A stretch of 64,000 bases of DNA from Leptogorgia sarmentosa (Eukaryota), in contig OZ210885.1 in NCBI GenBank assembly GCA_964658305.1, positions 24,800,001-24,864,000 on the forward strand. Direction: 5' to 3'. Made by a program: the position numbers and the translations under genes. This document shows positions 1 through 13,298 of this stretch, piece after piece (the stretch's first letter is position 1; each line of letters starts with the position of its first letter). The notes beneath the pieces are model-generated. The model had not been told where the DNA came from. It searched no databases and saw nothing but the letters and a program-made list of their open reading frames with translations.

Positions 1-207
1 AGCTCCATGGAATCCGGTTCAGCATTTGGACAATCTGTTTCTACATTTATGTTTTGAAATGTTGAACCAACAGTACTCCAGAAATGCTGTAAAATATGTT
101 GCAGTACGTTTTTATGGAGTTATATCGGGGACAAAATTCATAACATATATTCGAACGTCGCTTTCGGATGTTGTGGCGTTTCATTTGAGTTTTGGCGAAG
201 CGTTTCA

Positions 208-273
208 CATATTCGAAACACGCGATGTGCATATTCGAAACACGCGAAGTGCATATTCGAAACACGCGAAGTG
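208..273 (+). repeat. 3 x 22-bp tandem repeat inside the TIR (CATATTCGAAACACGCGAWGTG), mirrored in the right TIR
   Basis: Directly visible. A transposase-binding role is inference. Confidence 0.85.
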
Positions 274-513
274 CATAATTCGCAACGCGTGCTTCACATA
301 TTCGTGACACGCGCTTACATACAGACGACGCGACATTTGTTTTTTCACCGAGGCTTTCAAATTGTGTCGGCGCGGCCTGCGTTCATTACGAACAGCGGTT
401 ACCAATTTGTATTTGGGAGTACTCGATTTTGTTGTTAATTTTTAAGGCTTTGCTTTGGAAATTTTAAACCATTTTGTGATAGACTGATAGTCTGATAGTT
501 CACTTTCCGGATC

Positions 514-2009
514 ATGACATCTATGATCAGTGCAGCAACCTCTCCAGAGAATAATTTAAAGCAATACATCACCAGCAGTTTGACAGAGGTTATAAGATTA
601 CTTGAATCAACAGGAAATGATAGAAGTGAGTTTGAATATGCTGTTTATAAAATGGAACAAATTGTTCATATTGGTGTCCGACCAGTCAAGAGCAAGGAGT
701 GTGGGGACGGTCTTTTCCAGAGTTGCTGCTGTGTGACCTCATCGATGCACACAAATTGTTGGATTTGGAATCTGCTTCGCTGAATGTAGCACATTCCCCT
801 ACTGTCTTGAATACTGGATGTGCAGGTCGCCCATCCCTAGACATACCAAAGGAGACAATGAAGTTCTACCTGAATCATGGCTTTTCATTGAGCAAAGTTG
901 CTGAAATTTTAGGTGTGAGTAGAAAAACAATTAGTAGAAGAATTAAACATTTTGATCTATCAGAAGAAATTCCTCGTTACAGTGACATCTTGAATGAAGA
1001 CCTCGATATAACTGTATCAAATATTTATAAAGATTTCCCTAACTGCGGAATACGTCGGATGAAGGGATTCCTGACATCAAGAGGCATACGTGTTCAATGG
1101 CACAGAGTAAGATCGTCTCTGTGGCGAGTCGATCCAGAAGGTGTCCTATTAAGAACCATGCAATTGAATATAGTTAGTCGCCGGCATTATTCAGTACCAG
1201 GCCCTCTCTCTCTATGGCACCTTGATGGTAACCATAAAATTATTCGATGGGGTTTTGTTATCCACGGTTGTGTTGATGGATATTCCCGAAGGATTATGTT
1301 TCTCAAAGCATGTACCAACAATAAGGCAAGCACAGTTTACAAGTATTTTTTGGATGCTGTTGAAACATTTCGTCTTCCTCACAGGGTTAGAGGGGACCAA
1401 GGTGTTGAAAATGTGGATGTGGCTTGGTACATGTTTTCAAATCCAGCTAGAGGGCCTGGAAAAGGGAGCTTTATTGCAGGAAAAAGCTGCCACAATCAAA
1501 GGATTGAGCGGTTCTGGAGGGATCTGTTTCACGGGTGCACTTTCCTTTTTTATCATGTGTTCTGCTACTTAAAAGAAAATGGGCTACTGGATATAAGTAA
1601 TGCAATTCAATTATTTTGCCTTCACTACATCTTTGTGCCAAGAATCAACAGGCATCTGGAACTTTTTCAACAAGGATATGACAATCATTCCATTAGAACA
1701 GAGTCAAATATGACTCCTGTGCAACTATGGGTACTAGGTCTCAGTTCTTCACATAGTACATACATAATGGACAACTTGGAGTTAACAAGTGTGAATGCTT
1801 ATGGTATTGATTTTGATGGACCTTTGCCATCGGCAGGATATAGCAGAGACACATGGAGGGATAATGCAGTGGAAGTTCCCGAGATTCCTTGCCCATTAAG
1901 TGAAGTGCAGCTTCAGCAGCTTCATTCACAGATAAACCCATTAGGTGAATCATCATGTCATGGGATAGACCTATTTATCAGGACAGTTCAAATTATGCAA
2001 GAAGTTTAG
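514..2009 (+). CDS. IS3/IS481-like DDE transposase of element 1, intronless, frameshift near 680-700
   Basis: HTH (SLSKVAEILGVSRKTISRR). Catalytic motifs WHLDGNHK, RVRGDQGVEN, NQRIERFWRD. ORF 514-783 N-terminus resembles the element-3 transposase N-terminus (LTEVIRLLE..YKMEQIV vs [16 protein letters not shown]). Confidence 0.9.
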
Positions 2010-2315
2010 ATATTTTTGAGGTGTGCTGTAACTAACGTGCAGTTTCATTCATATTTAAAAGATAACTGCAGATACCATGAAACCCTACATTTAATGTCTA
2101 TGAAAATAACAACCTTTAATAAGACAACAATTCTGTTCAATAATCAGATCATTGTTTCCTTCAGCTTTTTTGCATGAATCACATTCACACAACAATGTTA
2201 ATATCAATGTTAATACTCATGTCCAATATTAATTCTGTAACATGTGCATGATTATATACATATGAGAAAGTATGTTTGATGTCAATTTTTTTCTATCCGA
2301 AAAGGAAATGTGTAT

Positions 2316-5302
2316 CTATGGATTTGGGAATCCAACCTTTCCATATTTACAAGCAATATCCATTGCCTCAAAAAATTTTGATTTTGAGCTGTGGACGGTT
2401 GGTAGCCGCAAAATTGCTGTGCATGCCGATGCAGTCGGTAGGCTATTCTTATCATCATCATCAAGAAACACGATTTTCAGCCTTTTTGCAAGACCACCAA
2501 ATGGAACAAAAGCCCAACCAGACCAGAATTGCAGGAGTGAACGGCAGCGACTATCACCTGGAAACTCCTGATCTTCTTCCTTATTCATGTAATCAAGTAA
2601 CCACTTGTACGACTGTTCTTCAGCAAAGTTACACGGTTTGACATCCAGAATCATATCTTTGAAGCTTTCTGAATCCAATGGCTTTTTGGCTGTTGCACAG
2701 AATAAGACTTCACAAACTTCTTTATTCTTTGATACAAGTTCAAGGAAACCCAGAGATTTCATACCTTCTTTAAACTCGTTGAGTTCATTTTTTCTTGAGA
2801 CAAGCAACTCGTGATGTATCAAGTGCTGAATTAGATAATCCTTGTTGTTGATAGTAATAACTTGTTCTTTAGGCCACCTAGAGGAATTGATTAGTTGCCA
2901 GAATGCTTCACTGGACTTATTTCCTTCCAAAAGAACATCGATATCTGCACTGGTTTTGCATGACTCCAAGCCAGTGAGTAGATCATGTAATAGAGATGTA
3001 CTTGCATCTAATGGGATAAGATCCTTTTTCATGAGAAATTCAATCTTTTCTTCTGGTGAGCCGACAATGTACTCGTACACATATGGGGCGACAATAGGAA
3101 AACCAACAGAAGCTTTAAGGTAAACAGAATGACTAATAATTGTCCCAGCTATCTGAAATAAAACACCCTTTGTAGCATCTTTGATTGGTATAACATTTTC
3201 TTCTTTTCCTTCAAAAAGCCTCTGCTTTACTTCTTGGAGAGCTAAGGTGAAAAATTCCACTTTCATTGCCCCACCATCCAAGCCATCTTCATTCTTAAAC
3301 GAAACACAAAGATCTTTCTTCAGGATATCAGGTTTCGACAGCATTTTCTTGTAAAATCTTATGATGTCCATCCAGATAGACTCTCTGTCAATTACAAGAC
3401 GTTCGTCATCTGATTGACCTGGAGAATTCTTCCTAATAAATAAATCAACAGCATCCTCCAGCGATTGAATATTACATTGATTCTCCATTATGAAACAAGC
3501 TGCTTCATCCACTGATGCTGACAACAAAGCTGCATCCTCCAATTCAGCTACCTCAACATCAGGAAAAATATCTTTCAGCTCTGTAGACCAAGTTGCTTTT
3601 GAGGGACCTGCCCCATCATCAGACAGTACCACAACCTCTTTACATGTAGGAGAAATGTCTTGATAATCTGTTCCTCTGTGTGTCGCGTTCGTTGTACTTG
3701 TTGATGGTCCTTCATTAATTTGCCCATTTTGACTCCAATACTCATCAACACAATTTGAGTCCTCATCACTACTCTCATTTCCATCAATGTTGACTGGATT
3801 GCATGTTATGTTGTGCATACGAAGATTTGAAATGGGTACCATTTCTTTACATTTCATACATTGAGTGGTAGGTGAAGATGCACTAGAATTCACAAACTTT
3901 TCCAATGACATAGTGCTTTTAATTGGCCTTATGTAGATAAGGGTGCTTGGACCAACCATATCCTTAAGATAGGAAATGCTATACCCATCTGAAGGTATTG
4001 GGATAAGACACAGTGTCCTATTACAACCACCACCCTCAGCTCGCAAGAACTCAAAGGCACCATCTTGAGTTGTGAGCTTTGGATATTCTGTTTCAAGAAC
4101 TTGCTTAACTTTTAAAAATTCAGCTTTTTTGTCTGGAAATACAATTCGCTTTCTTCCCAATCCAGCATCCTTAAGTTTTGCCAATTGCTTCACAGAAGGT
4201 GTAAGACATCTATTCGGGTCTGATAGCAAACAAAAATCATGTGTGTAAGATTTCCTTGGCTGAAAAAAAACTTTAGCCCTTTTGTTTCCACGATTGGGGA
4301 TCGCAAAAGGAGTTCTTTTCCCACCACAACCAAGACTTGGAAATGCTAAACTGGAAAATAATTTAGCATTACGTAAATAATAAGGCAATCTTCAGAATTA
4401 GAAGCTGAGGAAGAGCCAAAGAGCAACAGGTTACACAAGTAGGTTATTTTGAGACGTACCAACTACCCTTTTACTCTATTCAGCCCACAACCTTCATTTA
4501 GCCCCCCCCCCCCCACCCTCCTTAAGAGTCTTCTCAGGCCACTGGAAAGTATAGGGCAGGATGAGAAGAACGTAGCTGTTGGTTTTGATATTACAATATC
4601 AGAAGAGAAAACGTATTTGAAGCACAACTTCTCATTAATGACAATGGTGAAGAACTGAATGTAGTATTATACAAAATGTGCTGATGTTGTTTTATCAATT
4701 CAATATTTATATATGTACTTGATTAGGTGTATTTTAATACAAATTGATACACGTGTTGTGTGAATTGTTATACTTATGGTACCAAATTCAGGTCAAAATT
4801 TATTGAGCCCCACCCACACTCCCTAGCTAGTAAAAGTTTCAAGGGGGAGGGGGGGTTAAATAGAGGAAATACAGTACTGTATAAAATATTATTTGTCAAT
4901 TATAAATGCCAATTGGTTGAAAACCTTATTAAAATATATGTACTCCATATTAAACATGAAGATCAGAATGTTTAAAATTTAACCTCTATAAGACTATAAA
5001 TTCCTCTACTCTATGCATAACACAGAAAAGTAACATTACAGTATACGTTTGATAAAAAAGGCTAATAAATTCATGATTATGATCAACAATGCTTCCCTAA
5101 CGGACAAATCTTTTGACAAAATATTTGTGTACACGGAAATATACCTGAAATCTCGTCTCGCAGTGTCAATGAAACGGTGTCCAGTTTGTTGCGGTTGTGA
5201 AGTTACGGAAGAAACTTTAGGTTGTATGCTTGTAGTTGTACTTTGACTATTTTTTTTTACTATAACGTTTTGAATGGTTCCTTTCTCCGAATTTTCGGCC
5301 AT
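2316..5302 (-). CDS. HECT-domain E3 ubiquitin ligase of element 1 (Ubl-like + UBZ-like + CUE-like + HECT); main exon 2316-~4390, probable first exon 5302-5145
   Basis: HECT start FKNEDGLDGGAMKVEFF and end LPTASACTAILRLP...GF. CMKC..H...C finger. LKDIFPDV..LEDA CUE-like motif. ATG at 5302 with an AG|GTAT donor. The 5' exon structure is uncertain. Confidence 0.85.
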
Positions 5303-5741
5303 ATTTAATGTTGTTGTATTTTATGTTTGCCGATTTTGCCTTTTGGACCACTGTTCGACACTTGCCTCGTGTGTGAAACCGTGGTGAAACCGGAAATGCG
5401 ATAAAAAGCGGCAACAATGAAAGATTCGAATTAAATCAAGTATCACATTGTATTGCATATTATCCGCTGTTCGTAATGAACGCAGGCCGCGCCGACACAA
5501 TTTGAAAGGCTCGGTGAAAAAACAAATGGTCGCGTCGTCTGTATGTAAGCGCATGTCACGAATATGTGAAGCACGCGTTGCGAATTATGCACATCGCGTG
5601 TTTCGAATATGCACTTCGCGTGTTTCGAATATGCACATCGCGTGTTTCGAATGCTTCGCCAAAACTCAAATGAAATGCCACAACATCCGAAAGCGACGTT
5701 CGAATATATGTTATGAATTTTGTCCCCGATATAACTCCATA

Positions 5742-6022
5742 CGTTTTCAGTTGACGAACTCTTACTCAAATCAGCTGTTGTTAAAATATTGTTCCAGGAA
5801 GTGTTCACTATTACAGAATTAAATCTTTCCACCATGAAATTCTTCTCAAGCTCGCTTGCTCGCACATTAACCTGTTTCTTGGGTGATTTTACATTCACAA
5901 AACACCTTTCAAAAAAGCTGGCAACAGAGTCTAACAAGTTTTCAAATTTATGCACATGTGATTCGCCTAAATTTAACAGTTTTAACACAGCAGCCGCAGT
6001 CGTTTGTTCTTCTTTTATAAAG
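5742..6022 (-). pseudogene. Uncharacterised reading frame split by element 1; continues in 1-106
   Basis: Removing element 1 and one TSD gives an open frame ...LSKSSSTENV-LQHILQHFWSTVGSTFQNINVETDCPNAEPDSME. Confidence 0.6.
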
Positions 6023-6378
6023 TTAAAGTGCCTATCGCACTTTTTCGGTTTTTGCATATTCGTATACTTTCGACGGTTCTGAGCAACTTTGCAATTTATC
6101 TTCATAGACAAAAACTTCATCTTCCCCTTGTTTTTCGCGATCAAATTTCGATTTTTACCCCCGCCGCCTAAATGGCTATTACTGGTGACGAATTTTCGCT
6201 GATGACGTCGATAGGGTCGGAAGTAAATTTACATGCCGCGCGGAAAGCTGATATGCTAGTATACAACACAAAGTTACAAACCACGCTTACACATTGAGAG
6301 TTCTACCGTTCTACCAGTGTTCCAAGTCTGTTTTAAGTAAATATATTCGGCTGTGACGACAAAAATTGAGCCACAAGC

Positions 6379-9300
6379 ATGCCAAAACGATGCGTCGTGT
6401 TTGGGTGCTCTAATGTGCCCAATACCAAAGAGGGAATATCTGTCCACAACATACCTTTTGCCGAAGATGAAAGGCCAGAGGCAAAGAAGCGACGAAAGAG
6501 ATGGGTGAATTTCGTTGAGCAAAAGCGAGCGAATTTCACTCTGTCGAACACATCGGTGGTTTGTTCGAAGCATTTTAAGCCGGAGGACTTTGAGAGACAA
6601 TTTTTGCTGGCACCAGAGTCAAGCAAACCAGCCATTCCTCGCTTGAAACGGGATGAAATCGGAGTGTGCGTTTGGCCAACGTTGTTTGAAGAGCCAAAAG
6701 AAGCGCCAATGACGGCAAGGGAGGCTCGTCGTTTGGTAAGATTTTAAAGGAATTTGTAATATATATTCAAGGTTCTGTCATAAGAGTGTGTTCGCAAGTG
6801 ATTAAGATCGAATTTTGTTTTTGAATACAGGCCTTTCGTGCCAGATTTGGGACAACCGCAAGTGAAGAGGCCGGTGAAAGCTCGGACGTCGCAGAAGAAG
6901 GTACAGCACCTTGCACAGATGTTGGAGGAGAATCAATGGAAGTAAGACTGTATATATTGAGTTTTAATGTATCTGCATTTATTTATAATCATTGTTTACA
7001 TTATGTATATGGTATACCTCATTCTTACAGATCGAAGAACCAGAAGTGAAGGACGCTTGGATGCAGACCAGTGACATAATTGTATGCAACAATTGTAATG
7101 CATATAATAAAAAAGTTAGGTCACTGGAAAAAAAGATTGCTCTCATGGAACAACAGTTGGCTACAGACTCTCAAGAAGGTACAAAGCAATTGTTTTCATG
7201 TTCTTGATAACTGTTCCTCTATTATATTGTGTTTACTTCACTTTTTTGTCCATTGCCATGTAATAAAGATAGTGCAGCCAGTGCCAGCAGTGATGTGCAA
7301 GATGAAGGTGATGGTATTGGTGGTGATGATGACAATGATGGTGTCAGTGAAAGTGGTGATGAAGAGACTGAAGATGACCATGACACAGAAGAGGAGCCAC
7401 CATTAGAAGAGTCATCTTCAGAAACTGATAGCAGTGAAGATGGAACAACTGGGAATAGGTTAGTTATTAAATTTAAACCCATCAGTGCACATGATGTCTA
7501 CTGTAGCAAGGTTATTGTTATCTCATGAAAGATGTTTGAGTGGATTATTAGTGCACAGTATGACAGAACACCCTGTATAACCAAAACAGATACATGTTTT
7601 AGTACCCCGATTATCAAACGGTCAACAATCATTTGCAGTGCCAGCTGAAACCAACTGCAGATAATATACATAGTATTACTGGCTCAGTTATTACAATTTA
7701 TGGGTTTTTTACTTATATTTAGAGTCTTCGTGAAAGATGATAATCTGCGGACACAGCCAAAGTTTGTTGTCTTCCTGTCACAATTGTTGCTGTTGTTTAA
7801 TGTCTGTCAGTCATGCAACACACCAGATCCTTCAGTTGATGTAAGACAGACTGGGACAATGGCAATAGTTGTGACAAGTTGCAGCAATCCATTGTGCAAG
7901 AAAAAGGAGAACACATGGCGAAGCCAGCCTTCCATGCCTAGTAGTAATGTTGCAGCTGGTAATTTTCTGCTTTCCTTTGCAATTTTGGTTGCTGGAGGTT
8001 CAGCGAGCAAAGTCTTGAAAATATTCAATCATATGGGATTGTGCTGCATTTCCCTGGCAACATTTTTCCGGCACCAACAGGTATGTATTCTATTATACCA
8101 TCTCACATTCAATTCCAGTTAATGTGTTCCAGTCAGTAATAATTCCTTCACATCAGCAGATACTGTATGCAGGAACCAATGTCTAATAATGTCACTTTAC
8201 CTATTTTTGTCTAAGTTATATACTTTCTTATACACTCCTCTTACTTTGACCCAAGTTTGTATTTATTTTTTGCAGACAAAGTTGTTTCCTGCAATCCATT
8301 TATTTTGGAAGGCAAAACAGAAAGGGATGATGAACCACTTAAGAGCCCAAGCTGATGTTGTTGTGTCAGGTGATGGAAGGCATGACAGTATGGGGCACAG
8401 TGCGAAGTACTGTGCCTATACAATATTCTCATGCACAAAGACAACCAGTATAATACATTTTAATGTTGTACAGGTGATTAACATTACACAGTTATTACAC
8501 ATTGTCAGTTGGTGTTTATGGCATCAGGATTAATTCAATCTCTATCCCTCATCTTAACACTTACCCCAAACCTATGTAACCCTAGCCATAAAAGTACGTA
8601 ACTTTAAACCTTAAAACTAATAACAACAACTGATGATGTAGTCTGTGGTGTAAATTCTTCTATGCGAGGAAATATACCCTGTTCTAATCTCTCAATGTAA
8701 TATTTATGGTACCCTGTTTTGTTCCTAGCGAAATGAAGCTGGTAGCAGCCAGGCCATGGAATATATGGCCTTCCAGAGGTGCATGGACTTCATGCTAGAG
8801 GACGAAAAGTTGGAGGTCGCTACCTTGATTACAGACAGGCATTCTTCAATCCGAAAGCATATGCGAGAACGCCTTCCAAAGATAAAACATTACTTTGACC
8901 TCTGGCATTTGAAGAAAAGTAAGTTCACTAAGTTTACATGTAATGTTTTGCCAATTGCCACAATCACATGATACACTGAAATCACTTAATCACAGTTGAC
9001 AATATTTTTACTACTGTACTTTTGTCATCAGAGATTCACAAAGTTATGGACAAACTGACAAAGACAAAGGAGGGTGAATGTTTAAAGGAGTGGATCAAGC
9101 CATGTGAAAATCACTTGTATTGGTCTGCAACAACTACATTTAATGGTGATGGCAGAGTCATCCTTGCCAAATTTGAATCTTTTTTAAGCCACATTATTGA
9201 TGAGCACACAAACTTGGATAACCCCCTCTTCAATAGATGTGCTCATGATGACAATATCTTGGAAAGAAAGTGGCTTGATAAAGGTAAAGCACCAAAATTG

Positions 9301-12011
9301 TTAATCCACATTTGACAGCATTACTTACTGTCCCCAGCCATCAAACCTCTCCTCATCAGCCGGATTTGTAACTACAGTGTACTATGTTTTTTTTTGCTAC
9401 TATTAATGATATATTGTTTTATGTTATATGTTATACACAGATGGTGTTGCCTACGAGAAGCTCTGCAACGAGCTTACGAAAAAAGATTGAGGACAGGAAT
9501 CTCCCAAGCATCACCACTAGCTCAAACCAGCTGCTTGGAGGGATTCCACTCTGTACTCGACCATTTTGCACCGAAAATGATCGCCTTCTCGTTTCAAGGG
9601 ATGTACTGCAGGTCAGTTTATGTTCTACAATAAACACTACTGATATTATTATAAAAGGCTTTATTCCAAATTGATGTTCATACCATCCAACATTGCCTCA
9701 ACTCTAAACTATACAGTAGGGTTATCCTATGAAACCCCAGATGATAAAAACTTCCCACCAGCACCTTCAGTAAAATAATGTGAAATACTAGTACAGTAGA
9801 CTTAACAATATTTTTTGATTGTATTATGTCAATGTTGTAGACATATTCTGGCAACAGTACATTTCAACTGTAATCTGCAACGTGAGGTCAAGACGTTGGA
9901 GAATGGGACAGAGCAGATCAAAGTGGTTTATCCCAAATTCAAAAATGGACAGGCAACTGTCAGAAATGTGAGGATTGCCCCAAATTATGGTAAGGAAATG
10001 TTAATCAACTACTGTATGCTGCTAACACCATGCATATTCAAATAATGTCGTTATGAAATACAGTTTCTCACAATGGGTTACAGTAGTTCATTTACAGAAT
10101 ATCATTATATGTTATTATTTTAGAATATGTTCAAGAAATTTACGAAGTTTTGTTAGCATTTAACAAAGATGAATTTGATGGTGCGCTCAAAGAATTGGTG
10201 GACATGTGCCCACCCACAATGACTGACATGCTTGAGAACAAGCAGTCAGGAGAGGAAGCAGTTCAACATAGAGAGTTAAGGCAAAGTCTGTCAACTCAAG
10301 ATATACCACCCACCGAACCAGGTCAGTCTACATGAGATGAAAAAATACAAAATTAATGTATCATGATCATCTACCCCGTGTTGTCCATTTTTAGTGCAAA
10401 GTTTCAAAGAAACTTTGCAGTATTGTGATGAGTGGGGAAAATTCACATCAGTCATCGAGTAATCGAGTCATCGAGTAATCGAGTCATCGAGTAATCGAGT
10501 CATCGAGTCATTCAGTCATAGTGTAAACTCCGGGGGGAGTGTCCCAATTTCTCTTGATGTGCGAAACTCCGTAGTGTACCGATGTCCTTTCAATTTTTAA
10601 GCAAAAATTATCCAATTGTAACGTTATACTATTGTTCATCATTGTTTGCAGCTATTTGTATGGATAAGAAATTTAACTGGGGAAGTAATGTAATCTAAAA
10701 TGCCTCGAGTTATAGTACACAATGCCGCAAAGCCCCTCCGGAATTTGGATTTTTGCGAAAATTGCAAGCTCAGCACGTGTTCGTGGGATGAAATATTTGT
10801 GTAATACAATATGGCGGACGCTAAGGAGTGCGACATTGAATCAGTAATGTGGCCAAGTTTCAACAATGTTTGAGCATGTTGCCAAAGCGGTTAAAATGTT
10901 ATTTGAATATCTGCGATGAATCTAGAAAACAAGTATGGGTTGTCATGAACAAAAATAGCCATAGCCCATACTATCAACTGCTGCCGTGGATATTATAAAT
11001 CTGCATACATTTTTAGTTTGCCGTCTTTGCCTTGAGGGTACACTTAATGCAGTAACACAGTAAACTCGTCGCAACAAGAAAACCATAATTTTAAATCTTA
11101 TTTAGTTCATACGATTGATATATAATGGTTGATATATTCGCTTCACGCATTTATTTGAACGTGTTTGTTCCATTTGTTCTCGCCATAGTCCCAGCCTAGC
11201 TGTTATGGAAATATTCCCATTCATGTACTCCCAATGTAAAAGAATAATTTACTACAATCAAATTCAGCCAGTTGCTCGCTTTTGCCTTGTAATATATTTT
11301 AGTCGACTGAATAGACGACATGATTCATGATCATACTGATAGAAAATAGTCAACAGGACAACAACTTCAGTAAGCTTGGGTTGCTTGTCTAGATTGTTTA
11401 CATATTAGTGGCGGCGACTCTTCAATTTCGCAGCAAGTAGAATTAACTATATATGTAGGCGAAGAAAAGTAAATTTAACGTTGGCCTAAAATTGTGATAG
11501 ACTGAATTTCTATTACAACGCAGAGGTAGCCTACAGGTTGTACATTTGTCGAGTGCTTTATAATCGCCCGTTCATTGTTACACTCCGTTTTATTATTATA
11601 CCGTGAGGGTCAGAGGTCAGAGATTCAACAAAATAATGTCGAGCACGCGAAATTTGAACGTGCGGATTTCCTTTTTTGGCTATAAAATCTTTTAAATTAT
11701 TTTATTATACTACATCAAGCTTTTCTTTGAGCTGATGTTACATGGAATGATTTTTAACGGCAATTCGGATCACAACAGGGCCGAACAGGCCGCCAAGCGA
11801 CATTAGCTTTAGCTCGATATCTTCGTAGAAACTTTGCACTATCCTTGGATTCCTAGTTATATTTCATGATAATACTATTCTTTCTAGTTCCTCCTCTTGT
11901 ACCTGTACAACCTCAACAGCCCTCTCAAACAAGAAAGAAACCTCACTGTACAGAGTGTGGTAACCCCATGAAAGGGCATCGATTGGTTGATTGTCCTCGC
12001 AATCAAAGATG
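6379..12011 (+). CDS. Multi-exon THAP-domain Kolobok-type transposase, partly degenerate
   Basis: THAP MPKRCVVFGC...W...VCSKHF. Exons with GDGRHDSMGHSAKYCAY, LITDRHSSI, HYFDLWHLKK, NHLYWS, TSCLEGFHSV...FAPK, ATVHFNCN. Last exon ~11888-12011 has HCTECGNPMKGH in a shifted frame. GT-AG introns. Confidence 0.8.
10390..11858 (+). mobile_element. DINE-1/HINE-like non-autonomous Helentron-type element in the last intron of the Kolobok transposase
   Basis: subTIR TAGTGCAAAGTTTC at 10392-10405, adjacent inverted copy GAAACTTTGCA at 10409-10419, 8-mer tandem array, 3' subTIR GAAACTTTGCACTA at 11828-11841, short hairpin TCCTTGGA, then CTAGTT. T-rich flanks. Confidence 0.7.
10451..10510 (+). repeat. Tandem 8-mer array GT(C/A)ATCGA
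   Basis: Directly visible, ~7.5 copies. Confidence 0.9.
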
Positions 12012-12659
12012 ATAGGATAAGAAATGGGCTGCATGTTGGAGTCCACATGGCTGTATATGTAGCATAATTTATTTTGATGTTACTGTTTCATGAAACCCTA
12101 ATAAAAAAAACATTCCTTAATTAACAGAAAGACAATCATTTGTATTCTCAAACGTCGCACACGGAGGTGTTACGTCTCCTTTAAAAAACCTCACGACTCA
12201 CGAATTTTGTATTTTTATTTAGCAACTCAACTGGACTACTTCACTGTTTTTTACTCCCTTCTAAAACCACACCCCCTATACTCTTCGCCCGCGCACAGGC
12301 TGTCTACAGGAGTGGCCCTAAACCCACCATTCTAATATAACAATAACATGAAGCTTTTTTACAGTATGTCACACAAACAAACAAATCAAAACTGTATAGT
12401 AAGAATAGTAAGGCATTCATATTGGTGTATAGAACTTACCACAAAATCCCCCATCCTCGAAGAATTCTTTCCGGATGGCATGGTATACACATGCTGGTAA
12501 TGGAATTCTTTTCCTTCCAATGGTACCATAGACAAGCTGTATAAACTGTCTGTAAGCAACACTTCTGAAGAAACTATAAAGTAGCTATAAATTATTGTTT
12601 GCAGACATTGTATTTTTATTATTAGTATTCCAATTTCTGATAGTGATATTATAAACAAA

Positions 12660-13298
12660 CATACGATTGTTCAGATGAAATTGCTTCATATTTTCTTCCA
12701 TCAATTGTTTTAAACTTTCGCGCAGCGAGTCTAAGAGCCCATCAATTTAGGCAAACTGTTTGGAAACCAGGATGGAGCGTGATGCACAAAGGGGCTTCTC
12801 CAACTTCTTCGACTACAAGTTCGCTTTCTAAAGCTGGTTGACAGCCACCGATTTCATGACAGCATTGGCACTACTTCGGATTTTGTAAATACTCTGTGCT
12901 GCAGTTGCCACATTTGCACCTTAAAATATGAAAATTGGAATTCCATTGACAATTTCTGTTTATTTCTAGAATTTTGATATTTTGCCTGCGTAGTATGTAG
13001 TTTTAAATGTCGCCTTAGACATTTGTCGCCTAGTTGTTATTACATACCATGTATCTGAAGCTTGTAACCCATCTAAGCGGTTTTGAAGAACGTGAACGCG
13101 TTCTTGTTCGGCATTCTTTCTGGCTCTATATTACCTGCTCCATTCTTCGTCCGCAATAGGTTCTCCCATGTATGGCTGAATGAAGTCATCGACATCGTCG
13201 TCATGATTTGTTACAAGTATTTCCACTTCTACTTCTGTGGTGTCTGCATTACTTTCCCTTGAGCCTGTACTGGACTTTGATGATTCAGAGGACGACAT
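12660..13298 (-). pseudogene. P2X7 C-terminal ballast-like (KolX-type) Kolobok accessory gene with in-frame stops
   Basis: Exon 1 has IQPYMGEP and a TAA at 13131-13133. Exon 2 reads WCKCGNCSTEYLQNPK*CQCCHEI...CITLHPGFQTVCLN*WAL. Confidence 0.75.

Larger units (their letters stand above)
113..5741. mobile_element. IS3EU-like DNA transposon 1 (transposase + HECT ligase), complete
   Basis: TIRs of ~280 bp at 113-398 and 5464-5741 (TATGG...CCATA). Perfect 6-bp TSD CGTTTT at 107-112 and 5742-5747. Two convergent genes inside. Confidence 0.92.

Noticed and set aside
208..273. 22-bp repeats as a CRISPR array
   Set aside because: Head-to-tail with no spacers, mirrored in the opposite TIR, no cas genes, eukaryotic context.
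26..405. Short ORFs over the element-1 TIRs (also 5321-5822)
   Set aside because: They translate the repeated TIR sequence on both strands and show no protein motifs.
699..2009. Bacterial IS3/IS481 or contamination
   Set aside because: Paralogs in the window carry GT-AG introns and are linked to eukaryotic HECT genes.
6379..6747. P-element transposase or host THAP gene
   Set aside because: Downstream exons carry Kolobok-type motifs (GDGRxDS, TDRH, DxWH), not P-element ones.
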